Source of the DNA: Octopus bimaculoides
Taxonomy: Eukaryota
DNA: 64,000 nt
NCBI RefSeq assembly: GCF_001194135.2
Contig: NC_068982.1
Span: forward strand, 122,664,007-122,728,006
Direction of reading: 5' to 3'
Under the pieces are notes generated by a model. The model had not been told where the DNA came from and ran no database searches. It worked only from the letters and a program-made list of their open reading frames with translations. The position numbers and the translations under genes are program-made. Position 1 is the first letter of the stretch, and each line of letters opens with the position of its first letter. Positions 12,534 through 25,822 of the stretch are shown one piece after another.

Positions 12534-13532
12534 GTAAGTATGGAGAACTTTCTGTTGATCTTTTTTACAGCCATTCATTGCCTGGAATAGCATGTATTAG
12601 GTAATTCTATAAACTGGAATATATGTATTCTTTGAGCAACTTTTTTTATAGAATTATTTGGGGGGTTTTTTAATGCTAACTTTTCAATCCCTCACTTAGA
12701 GCAAGATAAATTAGTGATGTATCATATCTAAGGATCCAGACCAATTCTTTTATTAAACTAATGACCTTGTAACTTGTACTCAGTCAATTTAAGAACATAT
12801 ATATCTTAATCATTATAATTTAATTGCTATTAACCCAGAAATTCTGCTCTCATTTACAATTAGCATTTAAGAATCTGTGTTAGAACTACATATTAACTTC
12901 TAAATGCTAGAAGAGCATGTCACCCAATAAAGAGAGGATGCCCATAATTAAAATGGAATATGTTATTTAATTACCAAAATAACATAGATCTTCTCAGACA
13001 TAGTTGATTAGGGACATCTGACAATGATTGATACTTATATCTAAATATCATTATCAAATCTTAGTGTAAGGCCAGCAATTTCAAAGAAGTGGGTAAGTTA
13101 ATTGCATTGACCCAAGTGCTCAACTGGTACTTATTTTATCAACCCTGAAAGGATGAAAGGCAAAGTCAACCTTAGCAAAAATTGAACTCAGAACATGAAA
13201 ACAGATGAAATCCTGCTAAGCATTTTGTCTGGTGTACTAATGACTCTCTCTGCTAGCTCACCACCTTAAATTTATCTTTATATATTGCAATGAGAGATGA
13301 TAGATTAAAAATTATTATAAACACTTATTATAACTGTGTGGACCAAAATTAGATACTGTTAAATATCCAATCTTCCCTCCTAACATTACGTCTTTAAAGT
13401 CATATTTTCATATTGACAGTTTCTTGTATTAATTTACCCAGAAAAATTACCAAATACAAGCAAAAGCAATAATTAAAAGTGATTTGAAACTATTTAAAGA
13501 ATTAAGAACTAAAACTAACAATATACTGTGAC

Positions 13533-13568
<36 letters not shown>

Positions 13569-13571
<3 letters not shown>

Positions 13572-13944
13572 TGCTTTCTAATTGATGTATCAATACTAGC
13601 AGTTGACAACGTTTCCCTAAAAGAAATGGAGAAACTTTCAAAATACAAAGACCTGGAAATAGAGGTAACTTGAATGTGGAATCTAAAAACAGAAACAATT
13701 CCTATCATAGTAGGCGCCTTAGGTATAATAAAAAAATATTCAGATAAATACATAACAAAAATACCAGGACTTACAAATATATATAACATACAGAAAATTG
13801 CACTACTGGGCACTGCACACATCCTACGCAAAACACTTTCAATACAGTAGCCATAAGAGCATCACAGCAAACCACAGCACATACCCAAGGCACACAGAGC
13901 TGCGCTCGGTAGTGAAGTGAAAGCACGTTATAAAAATAAAACTA

Positions 13945-13948
<4 letters not shown>
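13569..13948 (+). mobile_element. 3' end of REL-endonuclease non-LTR retrotransposon (R4/Dong-like), one in-frame stop
   Basis: KCFLIDVS…EKLSKYKDLEIEVT*MWNLKTETIPIIVGALG…QKIALLGTAHILRKTL; flanked by (AAT)n. Confidence 0.85.
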
Positions 13949-13976
<28 letters not shown>

Positions 13977-14761
13977 AGACAGGCAGAAAAAAAAGATGGC
14001 TGTAGATGACTAAAAGTGATTTACAACTGGAAACAGAGGCTCTAATCTGTGTTGCCCAAGAGCAAGCACTAAGAACAAACTACATAGAATACAAAATAGA
14101 TAACACAGGAGAAAGTGATAAGTGCAGAATTTGTGAACAAAATGGTGAAACCGTATGGCATATTATGCCATATGTATGCCACTAGCCCAGAAGGAATATA
14201 AGAGATGCCACAACAATATAGCCAGGCTTGTCCATTGTACACTCTGTAACAAGTATGGACTTGACAGAGCAAAAGATTGGTACGGCCACAAACTTGAAGG
14301 CATCGTCAAAAATAGAAATGCAAAGATCCTATGGGATTTTATGATTCAGTGCAACCATGAGATAGAGAATAGGAAGCCAGACATAGTCTTAATTGAGAAA
14401 GAAAACAAACTATGCTGTATCATAGATGCACAGCTGACAACAAGGTATGCGATAAGGAAGAAAGAAAAGTCGAGAGATATGACAGGTTAGCTTGGGAAGT
14501 TAAGTAGTTGTGGTCGATGAGAAAGATAGCAGTAGTACCAATAGTTATCAGAGCCCTGGGAACAGTGAGCAAAAATCTCGAGAAGTACGTGGAACAAATA
14601 GGGGCTGCAATAAGGGTGGAGCACTTGCAGAAAACAGCACTGCTTGAAACTGCTCGAATACCCTGGAAGGGGCTCAAAAGATAAGAGGTGTTACCTTAGT
14701 TCACTGGTAGTGAACAGCTGACATTGTAATACATCTCCAGCATTAGAAGTTGTGAGTTTTC

Positions 14762-14763
<2 letters not shown>
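13977..14763 (+). mobile_element. Second, different R4/Dong-like 3' fragment (zinc knuckle plus REL), frameshifted
   Basis: QALRTNYI…DKCRICEQNGETVWHI, ILWDFMIQCNHEIENRKPDIVLIEK, VVPIVIRALG; flanked by (AAT)n. Confidence 0.85.
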
Positions 14764-14803
<40 letters not shown>

Positions 14804-16164
14804 TATATATAAAAGTATACAATGGCTTGTAGGTAATATTTGCCAATACAGACAAACATCAGTTATCCAAAAATCAGTTATCTGATTTTTGGATTATCTG
14901 AACAAGATCTCAAGTTCTTTGGAATATTTTAGTAGTCATAATGTGCATAACCTGAACTTGAAAATAATACTGGTGCTACCATTCAAACTACTTAACCTTT
15001 GAAAATGTTACATCAAAGAGGTGTTATTGCTGTTAGTGTGATGACTACATTGTTTACAAAAGAGTCACATGTCAGTCAATCTACTAATTTGACTGACATG
15101 CTGAAGAATTTAAAAGCATGGTAAACTTATTGAGATCTATTTGTTTGATTAAACTCTTCAAGGCAGGAACCCAGGATGGCCATAGTCCAATTACTGAAAG
15201 TAGTAAAAGGAGATGAAAGAAGATAGTGCTTCTAAAGCTCTAAAAATTGATATGGAATCAAATTCTAGATTTACAATTTTAGACTGATCCATAAAATAAA
15301 AATGTTTTCTTGAATATTAACCTTATTGAGTGACATGATGTCTTGGCAGATAGAGTTATTAAATTACAGAGAGCAAAGTGTACTCTGAAAAATCTACTTT
15401 ATTTATGTTTCATATTTCACTAAGTAGATTGAATTACTTTGGTAGCTATGCTATTATGTATGTCTTTGCCTTTGCAATGGTGTGTGTCTATATGACTGTA
15501 TAACTGTGTATGTTTTCAAGTTACATTTGTAGTTATTGTATGCTAGTGTGAATACACATGTATTTGCTTTATTTGTATGTATCAGTATATGTCCTTGTTT
15601 CTATGTGTGTATGACAGTCTGCAGCTAAAGCTGCTTCTTTGTGTGTGCATATATATCATGACTGAATATGTCTGCATATAACATGCTGGTTTTTTTTTAC
15701 CTTTTCTTGAAATTATTATATTTCATTCAATGTTTAACACAAATTGCTTGAATTAAATGTTTTTTTTTCTTCTTTTTATCAATTTTTATTCCAATACCTT
15801 TTTAATTTAACTCCTTTATTTTTGTGTTTTGTTTAATTTTGCACCTTATACAACTTTTTACTTTAACTTAGTTTAACTTCAGGACAGAATTATGTGTGTG
15901 TGTGTGGGTGGGGAGTATGCCTATATGTAAAGATGGCCACGATTTTACTTAGCTTGACAGACTTGTGTGTGTGTATCAAAGAAAGAGTGCTCAATAATTC
16001 TCTTGCATTAGACATTAAAGAAATTTGTAAATTTTGGTAATAAGATTTATGTCAAAGCTCTTTTTTTTTTTTCCTATTTGAAACTTATGAGCCTTTAAAA
16101 ATTTGTTGAACTTTTATGAAAATTAAAACAAAACCTCTCTCTTATCATCTTTTCCTAAATACAG

Positions 16165-16281
16165 CTGTTGGAAGCCCAACAGAGAGAAAAATAAGTTTTG
16201 CTGTCCAGGCCGAGCGATCAGATTCAATCCATAGTAGTAATACTTCACTGTCAGTTGTAGAAGGAACAGAGGAAAGAAAAG
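16165..16281 (+). CDS. unc-80: unc-80 exon (1 to 1): (T)VGSPTERKISFAVQAERSDSIHSSNTSLSVVEGTEERK
   Basis: Acceptor cctaaatacag; donor AAG|gtaact; ERKISFA...DSxHSS motif. Confidence 0.92.
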
Positions 16282-17246
16282 GTAACTATTTCCAAGTGTT
16301 TTACAGATTGTTATATGTGTATTATGCAGTATATAGAGACAAAAACTTATCTCCACTCTTATTTGCTCTACAAATAGTGTACATATTTATAAATTGTGTT
16401 TGATTCCAAAGCCAATTTTTTGAAAATTGTAAACAATGTTTGGTGAATTATTCAGGTTCTGAAAAAAAAAATGTATTTTTTGTTATTACTATTATGAATT
16501 ATTGTTATTGGTATTAGTATTATTTATCATAATGTTTTCAACAGCTTTATATGACTTTCTACTGCACCACCAGGTGTTCCTGAGGTGTATTCAACATTGC
16601 CTTTTGGAGATGTAGAATTGTGTTTGTATACTACATCAATTTTTGCTTTGTTATGAAATTTGTTTCGTTGTTTTGGGTGTTATGTTAGTATTTTGTCAGT
16701 TGTGCAGAATATGTACCATGTGAGTTGTGTTATTTTGTTGATGGGGTGTTTGTGCTTCAGATATGCTATGCGATTGATGTTAAGTATTTTAGTGTTGGGT
16801 AGTTGTACAGGTTGTATTATACTAATGGGTGGTGACTAGGTACCATGTAAGTAATATGGGAATTTAGTGATATAGCATTCAGTATTGATTATGTGAAAGT
16901 ATGTGCTTTATTTTATTGGATGATGATTCTAGTGGAGTATGTGTTGTGTTATATTGTTTTGATGGTAATTCCATAGAATATGTATGTGAATTGTATTATT
17001 TCAGTGGGCAGCAATTGTAAAGATAAGTGCGATTTATTTTAAGTTGTATAACTGAATTGAAAGAACCTTTTGTAGCCTGTGGATTGTACTTAGCAGGGCT
17101 ATCTTTTAGACTTTGTGTCACATCATGAGCCCTAGTATGGTTTACATGTTTTTGGTCATGTTTATTTCTTTTAATATATAGTGATCCAGTTATTTTGGTA
17201 CTGTTTACATTTTCACACCCAACATCTTGCTTGTTTCATTTTCAAG

Positions 17247-17283
17247 GTCCATGTACTTTGACAGTAACTCCACCTCCTTACAG
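17247..17283 (+). CDS. Candidate 37-nt cassette exon (phase 1 to 2: G-PCTLTVTPPPY)
   Basis: Acceptor cttgcttgtttcattttcaag; donor CAG|gtaatg; needs a phase 2-to-1 partner. Confidence 0.35.
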
Positions 17284-20062
17284 GTAATGTTTTGGTGATA
17301 AGGGATCAGTATGTCTATTGAAGAACAGACCAATTTGTTCTGGTGATTGATTATTAATTATTACATCTGGACAGTTTGATCTTGATCTTCTTCTCAATCT
17401 GGACAGACATACCCCAGATGATTGTGATCAGATCATTGCTATTGCTGTGTTTGATAAATGTTTATACTGCTTTGTAAACATTTTCATGTTGAAATGTCAG
17501 CATGTAGCCCAGTGGACATAGCTACCAACTCTATCTCATCTGTGAATATCACTGGACTTGTCTAAGACTGGGTAGCTAAAAATAATATTGCCAATTATTA
17601 CTATTATTTTTATACTTTCAAAAGTGTTATGCAAGTTTCTACTACAGCACCAGGTGCATTTCCATGTTCCTGACGTGTGTGCAGTATCATCATTATCATC
17701 AGTTCTATATTTCGTTAGAGGTGTTGATATATGAACCATAGTACCTCTTACCTTTACTATATTAAGATCAATTTTTTACATATAGCCAGTAAATGAATAC
17801 TATAAGTGTTTGTTGCTTTGTTTTTTATTTCCTTTTTTCTTTTTGTAAGTTTCTAACTTTGATGTCTTCAGTTTTCAGCTGTAACAGTTTCCTTTGAATG
17901 TGTGCTTAAGTGTTTTTGTAAATTATTGCGCATGTATATAAAATATATATGTGTGTGTGTTAAAGTGTACGGTTGACTTGAACACATGCTTGTGTGCGTG
18001 TGTGTGTGTGTGTGCTTGTGTGTATATATCTATGTACACATAGAAGAAGCTTAATTTCAATATGATACTTTTTTAAAGAAAAGTAAAATTTGTTTATTTA
18101 CTAAAGGATTTTAAACAGCAATATCGTAAATGGCTTTTGTTTGGTTTTCATCTGAAGAGTGTTGTGTAATAATTACAATCTATTTATCGTCCTATTTTTA
18201 CCAACTTCATAGAAAAATGTGTGGAATTGTCTTATTTCGAAACTGTTTGATTTGTTGAATAAGCTACTATATAAAATTTATTTACATATGATATGCAAGC
18301 ATGAACACAGTCAAACAAGAAATAAAAATTAAGGAAAATTAGTGATTACTTTCCAGAATTAATTGATAGATATGAAAGTTAAAAGTTTCTGAAAGGAACA
18401 GAAACTTATGTCTTTGCAAAATTGAAGTCATCATTATCATCATCATTTAACACCCACTTCCCATGCTGGCATGGGTTGGATGATTTGACTGAAGACTGGT
18501 AAGCCGGGGAGCTGCACCAGGTTCTGATCTGATTTGGCAAGGTTTCTACAGCTGGATGCCCTTCCTAATGCCAACCACTCTGAGAGTGTAGTGGGTGTCT
18601 TTTCTGTGTCACTGGCACAAGACCAGCATCAGCCATGACTACAGTCTCACTTGGCTTGACAGGACCACACAAACATTGTATATCACCAAAGATCTTGGTC
18701 ACCTGTCACTGCTTCCTTTAGGCCCAACACTCGAATGCTGCTTTTTACATGCCACCAGCACAGGTGCCAGTCAGACAGCACTGGCATCAGCCACAACCAG
18801 CTAAAGGACAATCCAAATTACAATGAAATATTCTTTTCTACTCTAGGCACAAGGCCCGAAATTTTTGCGGAGCGGGCCAGTCAATTAGATTGACCCCAGT
18901 ATGCAACTGGTACTTAATTTATCGACCCCGAAAGGATGGAAAGTAAAGTCAACCTTGGCAGAATTTGAACTCAAAAAGTAAAGGCAGATGAACAATGAAA
19001 TATTGAATCAAAACTGTATTACCAAGTTCTGCTATGGGGTTAAATAAATTTACAAAGAAATTGCTTCTGCAATTGTTTTAGTTGCATCTACCTAAATGAA
19101 TTTTTTTAATTCAAGGTTATTGTTTCAAAGAACAGTTTTATTTTAATATTTATAACATCCTCTCTACTTTCTTCACATCTTCTTGGTGTGAATTCAACAA
19201 TGCCCAGTAGCATCACCTCTTTCCCTTATTCTATATTGAACCATTTCCTCACGTTGCCTCAAATTACTTAACTCAAGAATTTAGAAGACCAACACCAACC
19301 TACACTGATGTCTAATTGCTAGACAAGGCTTCTGTTTCTTCTATTCTAATTATCCATTTTTATTGCATCTCTATTAGAATTAGTCATAATTATGTAACTT
19401 GGTTTATTTTGTTACTCCTTGCGATTATGTCTTGAAGAAAACCAGCATTTTACTTTTACTGAATAGCATTAAGTACTTTCTGTTAAATGTATTTAAACAT
19501 TTACTTACACCTATGAACCACATAAATCATAAATTTTTGAGCACAAAAGCCATTGTAAAGACTGTGGTTTGTAGATTAGCTACCTCATATCATTAGTAAA
19601 GTTATTTAAACAGCTCTTCCATTTAAGAATTTCCTTATTGCAGATGACCAGTCATGCACACACATACACGCACGCACACACACACACACACATACACACA
19701 CACACACACGGATTTGTATGTATATATCTGTTTTTTCTTATGAAAAAACAGTGTATCATGCAACTCTTTCTCAAAGAGTGTCATTTACTTCATTAAAAAA
19801 TAAAAAAAAGAAGTGCATGCATTTTATAAAGGGTTAACAGTTGTCAGCAATCAAATTAACCTTTTCAATGAAATCATTTGAATCAAATGCCAAGAAAAAT
19901 AGAAGAAAATGAAACAAGGCTAAAGAAACTATAGATATTGTTGATTGTAAAAAGTAAATTACTCTAAAATGGTTAGTTTATTATTTTTTTTAAGCAGAGG
20001 AAAGAAAGGCAAGAGATGGATAGATATTATATATGTATGTATGTGTGTATGTATGTCACTAT

Positions 20063-20580
20063 TCAGTTTATTTCAAGATTTCTTGCCAATAGAGAAAGAA
20101 CCGGTTTGTAACCTATATCCACAGCTCCTTCATTGGAATTTCAACATCAACAACAGGGTACTTTTGTTTGTTTGTTTGTATGTATGTATGTATGTATGTA
20201 TGTGCTGATTTGTATGTTTTGTGTATGCATTCTTATGCATATACTTGCATATCTAGACATTCTTATATATATATTTAAATGATAAAATTCTGGGAAGTTT
20301 TACAGATTTTTACAGTTCCGGTGATGGATTGGATCTGTAGTCTTCGAATTAGCTTTCTCCTTTCTGGTCCTGAGAAGCCCACTTTCTCAAGATTGGTATT
20401 TAGGCAGTGTGTTACATATCCCAGGGCCCCTATAATTACAGGTATAAATGTGAACTTGTAATCTGAATAGAGTAACTGCAGATTTCTCAATAGTTCAACA
20501 TAAGTATTCTCTTCTTCACTGACCTTCAGCTTTATGTTAACCTCTGCTGGGCAGCTAATTTCCACAACTGTGCACAGTTT
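20063..20580 (-). mobile_element. REL-endonuclease LINE 3' end with 3' UTR; related, shorter copy at about 52175-52620(+)
   Basis: ORF 20275-20565(-) EISCPAEVNI…TYVELLRNLQLLY…FIPVIIGALG…QSITGTVKICK; shared UTR (agaaagaaccggtt…, cagggta). Confidence 0.8.
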
Positions 20581-21333
20581 CTCTTCTCTATCTGTTGTGC
20601 TTACATTTTATTGAAGTCTTCACTGGTACATTCCACCAGTATGCCTTTTTATTATGAACATCAGTATTCCTTTTTATTACATATCTATGTATGTATGTAT
20701 GTATGTATGCATGCATGCATGCAAGCAAGCATGCATGCATGTATATCACATCCTTATTCTGCTCAGGAAAAATATACAAGATGTGTGAATGGTTAATAGA
20801 CAGACAGTATGTTTCCTAGTAATGTATTTTGCTCTAAAATATCTTGTCAATAAATGCAAATTTAGCAGTTATTTTTCTATGTGTGATGTCAGATATACGT
20901 TTTGGTCTTCTTAGCGTTAACAACTTTGAAACTTTTCAACAAGGCACATAATCTCCCTACCCTCCCCTTTATATTAGAACTTCAATTTTACATATGATTT
21001 TATCTGTTTTGGAATTAAGCAGCTTGTTCTCCCAGAGAAGCACTATCTCTCCCTTCTTATTTCTTTTATTTTCAACATATGTCAGCTAATTAGATTTGTC
21101 TTCACTTGTTTCTTGTCTACTTCTCTCTCTCAGCAATACAATAAGTTTAATACCAACATATTTGTTTGTGTGTTTTATGTGTGTGTTTTGTGTGTGTGTG
21201 TGTGTGCATGTGCTCATATGTGTGTGTTTTGGTATGGTGTGTATATGGATGTTTGGATGTGGATGTGTGTGTGTGTAATATATTGTAAGCTGTGTATGTT
21301 CACATGTATCTTTGTATATATTCTTTTTTAAGT

Positions 21334-21367
<34 letters not shown>

Positions 21368-24300
21368 GTGTATAGGCTGTGTATGTTTGTATATATATTC
21401 CTTTTTTTTATTTGTGCATGTAAGCTGATTTGTATGTGGGCAGTTACATTTAATTAACAGTATTTCATAATTGGAGTACATGTGAATAAAAAATTCACAT
21501 CTTAAACATTTTTTCACCAATATTTCAGATTCACTTATAATATTTAGTATTTCACAAAAATTAATATCTTGTTAAATAGTCAAGTTTTTATTTAAATTCA
21601 TATCATTACATTATAATGTTTTGTTGTTTATTAATCCACTCATTTAAAGTGTAGAATACTCTTTGCCCTCAAAATTTTAAGATATTCACTGCAAGGCAAA
21701 TGCAGTATATTATTAACATAATATAAGAAATTTATAATAGTATAAAGGCTCTATATACAATCATATAGCATTGGCCTTTTTGTTCTTGAAGCTAGATTTG
21801 CATATTAAGCACTTTTGATAAAATTAATCTCCTGCAACTGTTGTGCTTCTGGATTAAATCAGGGGTCTGATGTATCATAGGCTTGCAAGTCCTGCTTCAA
21901 AGTAGAAGTTTTCTGCAGGGATTTGTTTCTCTCCATAAATAAAACCACTTGATGCAAGTATTTGCACTTCCACATTATTGGTTCTCACCTCATGAATTCT
22001 GATATTCTTATCTGGTCACTGTACTCTTCAGTATCTACTCTTCCAGCTTCAAAATATAGTTAAATGTACCAAAGGAGGAGCACATTATTTTGAGTGTCTA
22101 ATTGATATGAACTTGTTATTTTGAGCTCTACTGGTGTTGCAACGCTTTACAAAACACAAAAATTCACAGTCTAGTGATTATAATGATCCTTGGACTGATG
22201 CCTTCTATGGTAAAAAAAAATGCTAGTTATCACTTCTGTGGCAATTTCACTCATTTAAAATCATATGTATACATCCATTTGAAGACCACTCATACATGGC
22301 CTCAACAAAGGACCAACAGATATATGTTATGATGTAATGTTGCTTAAGCAATACACATACACACACACACACACATTTTTTTTCCTCTATCATCAGAAAA
22401 TAGACGATTTCAGAAGTTGTTCATGTAGTTTCTTCCTGGCATTTTTGCAAACAATGAATGACTATTTTGATAATAAATACCCTGAAATATAAAATTAGAC
22501 AAAGTCATTATGATATTGTAGATCTTTCTACATCAAAAACAAAATACACGATAATCTCACTTTCACTTCAGAAATGTCTTTCAGCCATATAAAACTTCTG
22601 GAAATAACTCAGCATTGCCTTGAAGAAGGAAAAATACTTAGTGGCTATTTTTTTAATATTATCAGATAGAATTTCTTTTCTTCATCATCTGCAAAAAAGT
22701 AATTTCTTCACTTTGTGCTGAAAGTTTCATCACTGATTAACTCTTGTTTTATTTAAACACTACAACATAACTTATTGCAGTTTAGTCTCAGTATTAGTAT
22801 ATAAAAGTTTTAGTTATAGCCTATGATAAATCTTAATTTATATGACAATTAATCTTTATCCAATAATAAAGCTGGAATGTCTAGAAATATAAGTTGGTTT
22901 TAAAAGTAATTATTTATAATTGAAAGAAGGGCTATAGAAATAATACTGCACACAATAAGACATGGAGCTATAAATAAACTACTCAGATCTGTTATATTTT
23001 AAATTCATTCTTTTGTACCTCCAGAGAATGCTTTATAATTCTTGTTTTATCTAATGAATATAGGTAATCTAAGAAATTTACTTCACTACACAACAACACT
23101 TTTATTTCAAATGTCTAATCAAAATCTCCTACATTCATTTTCAGAACTTTAACCCTTTTCCTTCATATGACAATTCTTGATTTTGGTTTTTTTTTTTTTT
23201 TTTTAATCTAAAATGTTACCTATTTGACTCATTTAAAAAATTATGTTTTTAAATTGATAGTAATTTTTTGTAAGTTTTACAATACTACTAGAAATAGTAC
23301 TAGAATTTCTTGATTTGTTTGATTATTTCTGAAGGTCATAATTAATTTTAATGATTCTTCAGAAGCCCCAGTTTTTTTTTTCTTTTTTTTGTTCTGTCTC
23401 AGTGAAAATGTTGGCTTGAAGTATTGCCTAGTTATTAAGAAACTGAGCAACATTTACATTATACTGCTTGATATCATGTCAGTATGAAAATTGTTTAAAG
23501 AGCATCTAAGAGAATCTCTGCAGTATTATTCTTGATTATTCTTAATATTCACTCTGTTTATTATTCTTTAATTGATTCATTTAAACAATGTAGTTAATGG
23601 CTTTACTAACAGGCTATTGAATTACAAATTACTGAATTTTAGAGGTATTTTAGTTCTAAGGATGATATTAACATGTTTCTTTAATATATTTAGTATAGAT
23701 ATTTTGTAAGTTATTCTATGGGACTTTGAGCTGGAGTCCTGTAGCAATTGCATTAGATGTCATTATGTAGTATAGTTAAGTACTATTAAGTTGCTTTTTA
23801 TTTTCAACTAATAATTTATTATATTGACATTTCTAACAAAAAATTATACTTAAACCATGCAACTTTTGAAACTATGAATCCTTTCACTTTTTTTCCAAAA
23901 AGGAAACTTTGTTGCCTCCTTTTGAATATGAAATTTTTTCTGCCTTCTATCTAGCTTCTTTCTCTTGTTAATCCAAGCAGAAATTCCTGTAGACCTTAAT
24001 TTTCAGGAAGAATTTTCTCCCATATTTCAGAATGAGCTGGAAAGAGAATAAATATTTCTTTATTCTGTCAATTTGAAAAAACATTGCACATAAACTTATG
24101 CTTGTTTTTCTTTAATGAATTGTTTCTCATTAAGTCTCTTTTGACTAAGAGAGAAATCAAGAACTGCATTTAAAATTATTTTACATAACATTGATGTTTC
24201 TTAACAATCAATGGAAAGGTAGGTAGTGGAGTGTTCACCATAATTTCATGTTTTTTTTTTTGATTTAGTTTTTTTTTTTCAAATTTTTACTTAATATCTC

Positions 24301-24981
24301 TCCTTCATGACTGTCAATTTTTTTAAAATTAACAAATAAAAGAGAAAAATAAGAAAAATTTTTTTAACCTCCCAAATTTGTGAATGCCTAACTGTCACCT
24401 TGCTGTTTTCACCACTATTCACTGTGCACTGACACTAAACAAGTTTGCAATACAACTAATAAAAGGAAAGCCAGTTGCTATATGGATGAAGAATGTGCAT
24501 ATGTGTATGTCTATATGTGTGAGTATATCTGTGCATAGAGAGAGAATAAGTGCATTGGTATGAGTGTGCATATGAGTGTGAGTTAACTTGCATGCATTTT
24601 GGATGAAACAATGGCTCAGGAGTAGATTTCAGAAACTTTGCCCTTTAGGGTGCTTGATTTTGAGTTGTGTCTCCTAATCTACAAATCAGCATTTTGCATG
24701 CTACAAATAAACTGGAAAATACAGAAGAGAAAATATACAAGAATTTGGGGGCCTGTATCATTGATGGTGGGTCCACTTCTGTCAAGAATCATGCGGGGAT
24801 TCTGTGATGAACAGTCACTTTCATTTGAAAGACATCCTTGCATGTAAATGTCCACTTGCAGGCACATATATTCACCAGTGAGTGGCTGCCAAATAGGTTC
24901 AGATATGTGAGATTGTGTACATTCACATCTGGATATGTGCGTATGTGTGTGTGCATATATGTGTGTGTATGTATATCTATA

Positions 24982-25038
<57 letters not shown>

Positions 25039-25762
25039 CCTAGGATATTGTTTGATTCATGTGAGTTTCTGTATTTATGATCTATGTAAGAGGTATGTAT
25101 ATATGTGTATCTACTAATGAAGCATGTGTGTGTGTGTGAAACAGCAATCATTATTTCTGTTTGCAACAGCCAAATCTCCATTTCATTCCAGAACTACTGG
25201 TGGAACATAGCGCTTCCGCTGCTCACTCAGCCTGTGAGTTTACTTTCTGCCTTCTGCTTGACTATATTACACTGTCTGTCTTCAGTTAACTTATATTGTA
25301 GGTTCACTCTATCATGCACCAGGCTGACAGTGCTCTTTCACTCACTCACTCACTCACTCACTCTTTCACTCACTCACTCTCTCTTTCTCTCACTCACATA
25401 ATTGGATGTTATATCGTTATGTTTAGTTTGCACTTTAGTTTCCAGCCAGTCTTATGTAGTGGTCAGAGTCTCTATCAGTTATAAACTGATGCTTTCTGGC
25501 AGTCCAGTTCTATAAATGGATAGAAATAGGTAGATCACTAGTATGTGTATATATGTGTGTGTGTGTATGTATGCGCCTTAGTACGTATGTGTTAATGTAT
25601 GTATACTTGAACTTATACATGTGAACACGCACACGTACCTACACACATATACATATATGCAGATATACACATATATGCATGTGTGTGTATGTGTATTTAA
25701 AGTTAAACTGAATATTGTTTAACTTCCTGATTTACACCATTTCTACTTCATTTCTATTTTTC

Positions 25763-25822
<60 letters not shown>

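Noticed and set aside
14865-15100. Two short perfect hairpins (13-bp at 14865-14894; 12-bp at 15068-15100)
   Set aside because: Too short for miRNA precursors; the first resembles pogo/Tigger-type terminal-repeat remnants
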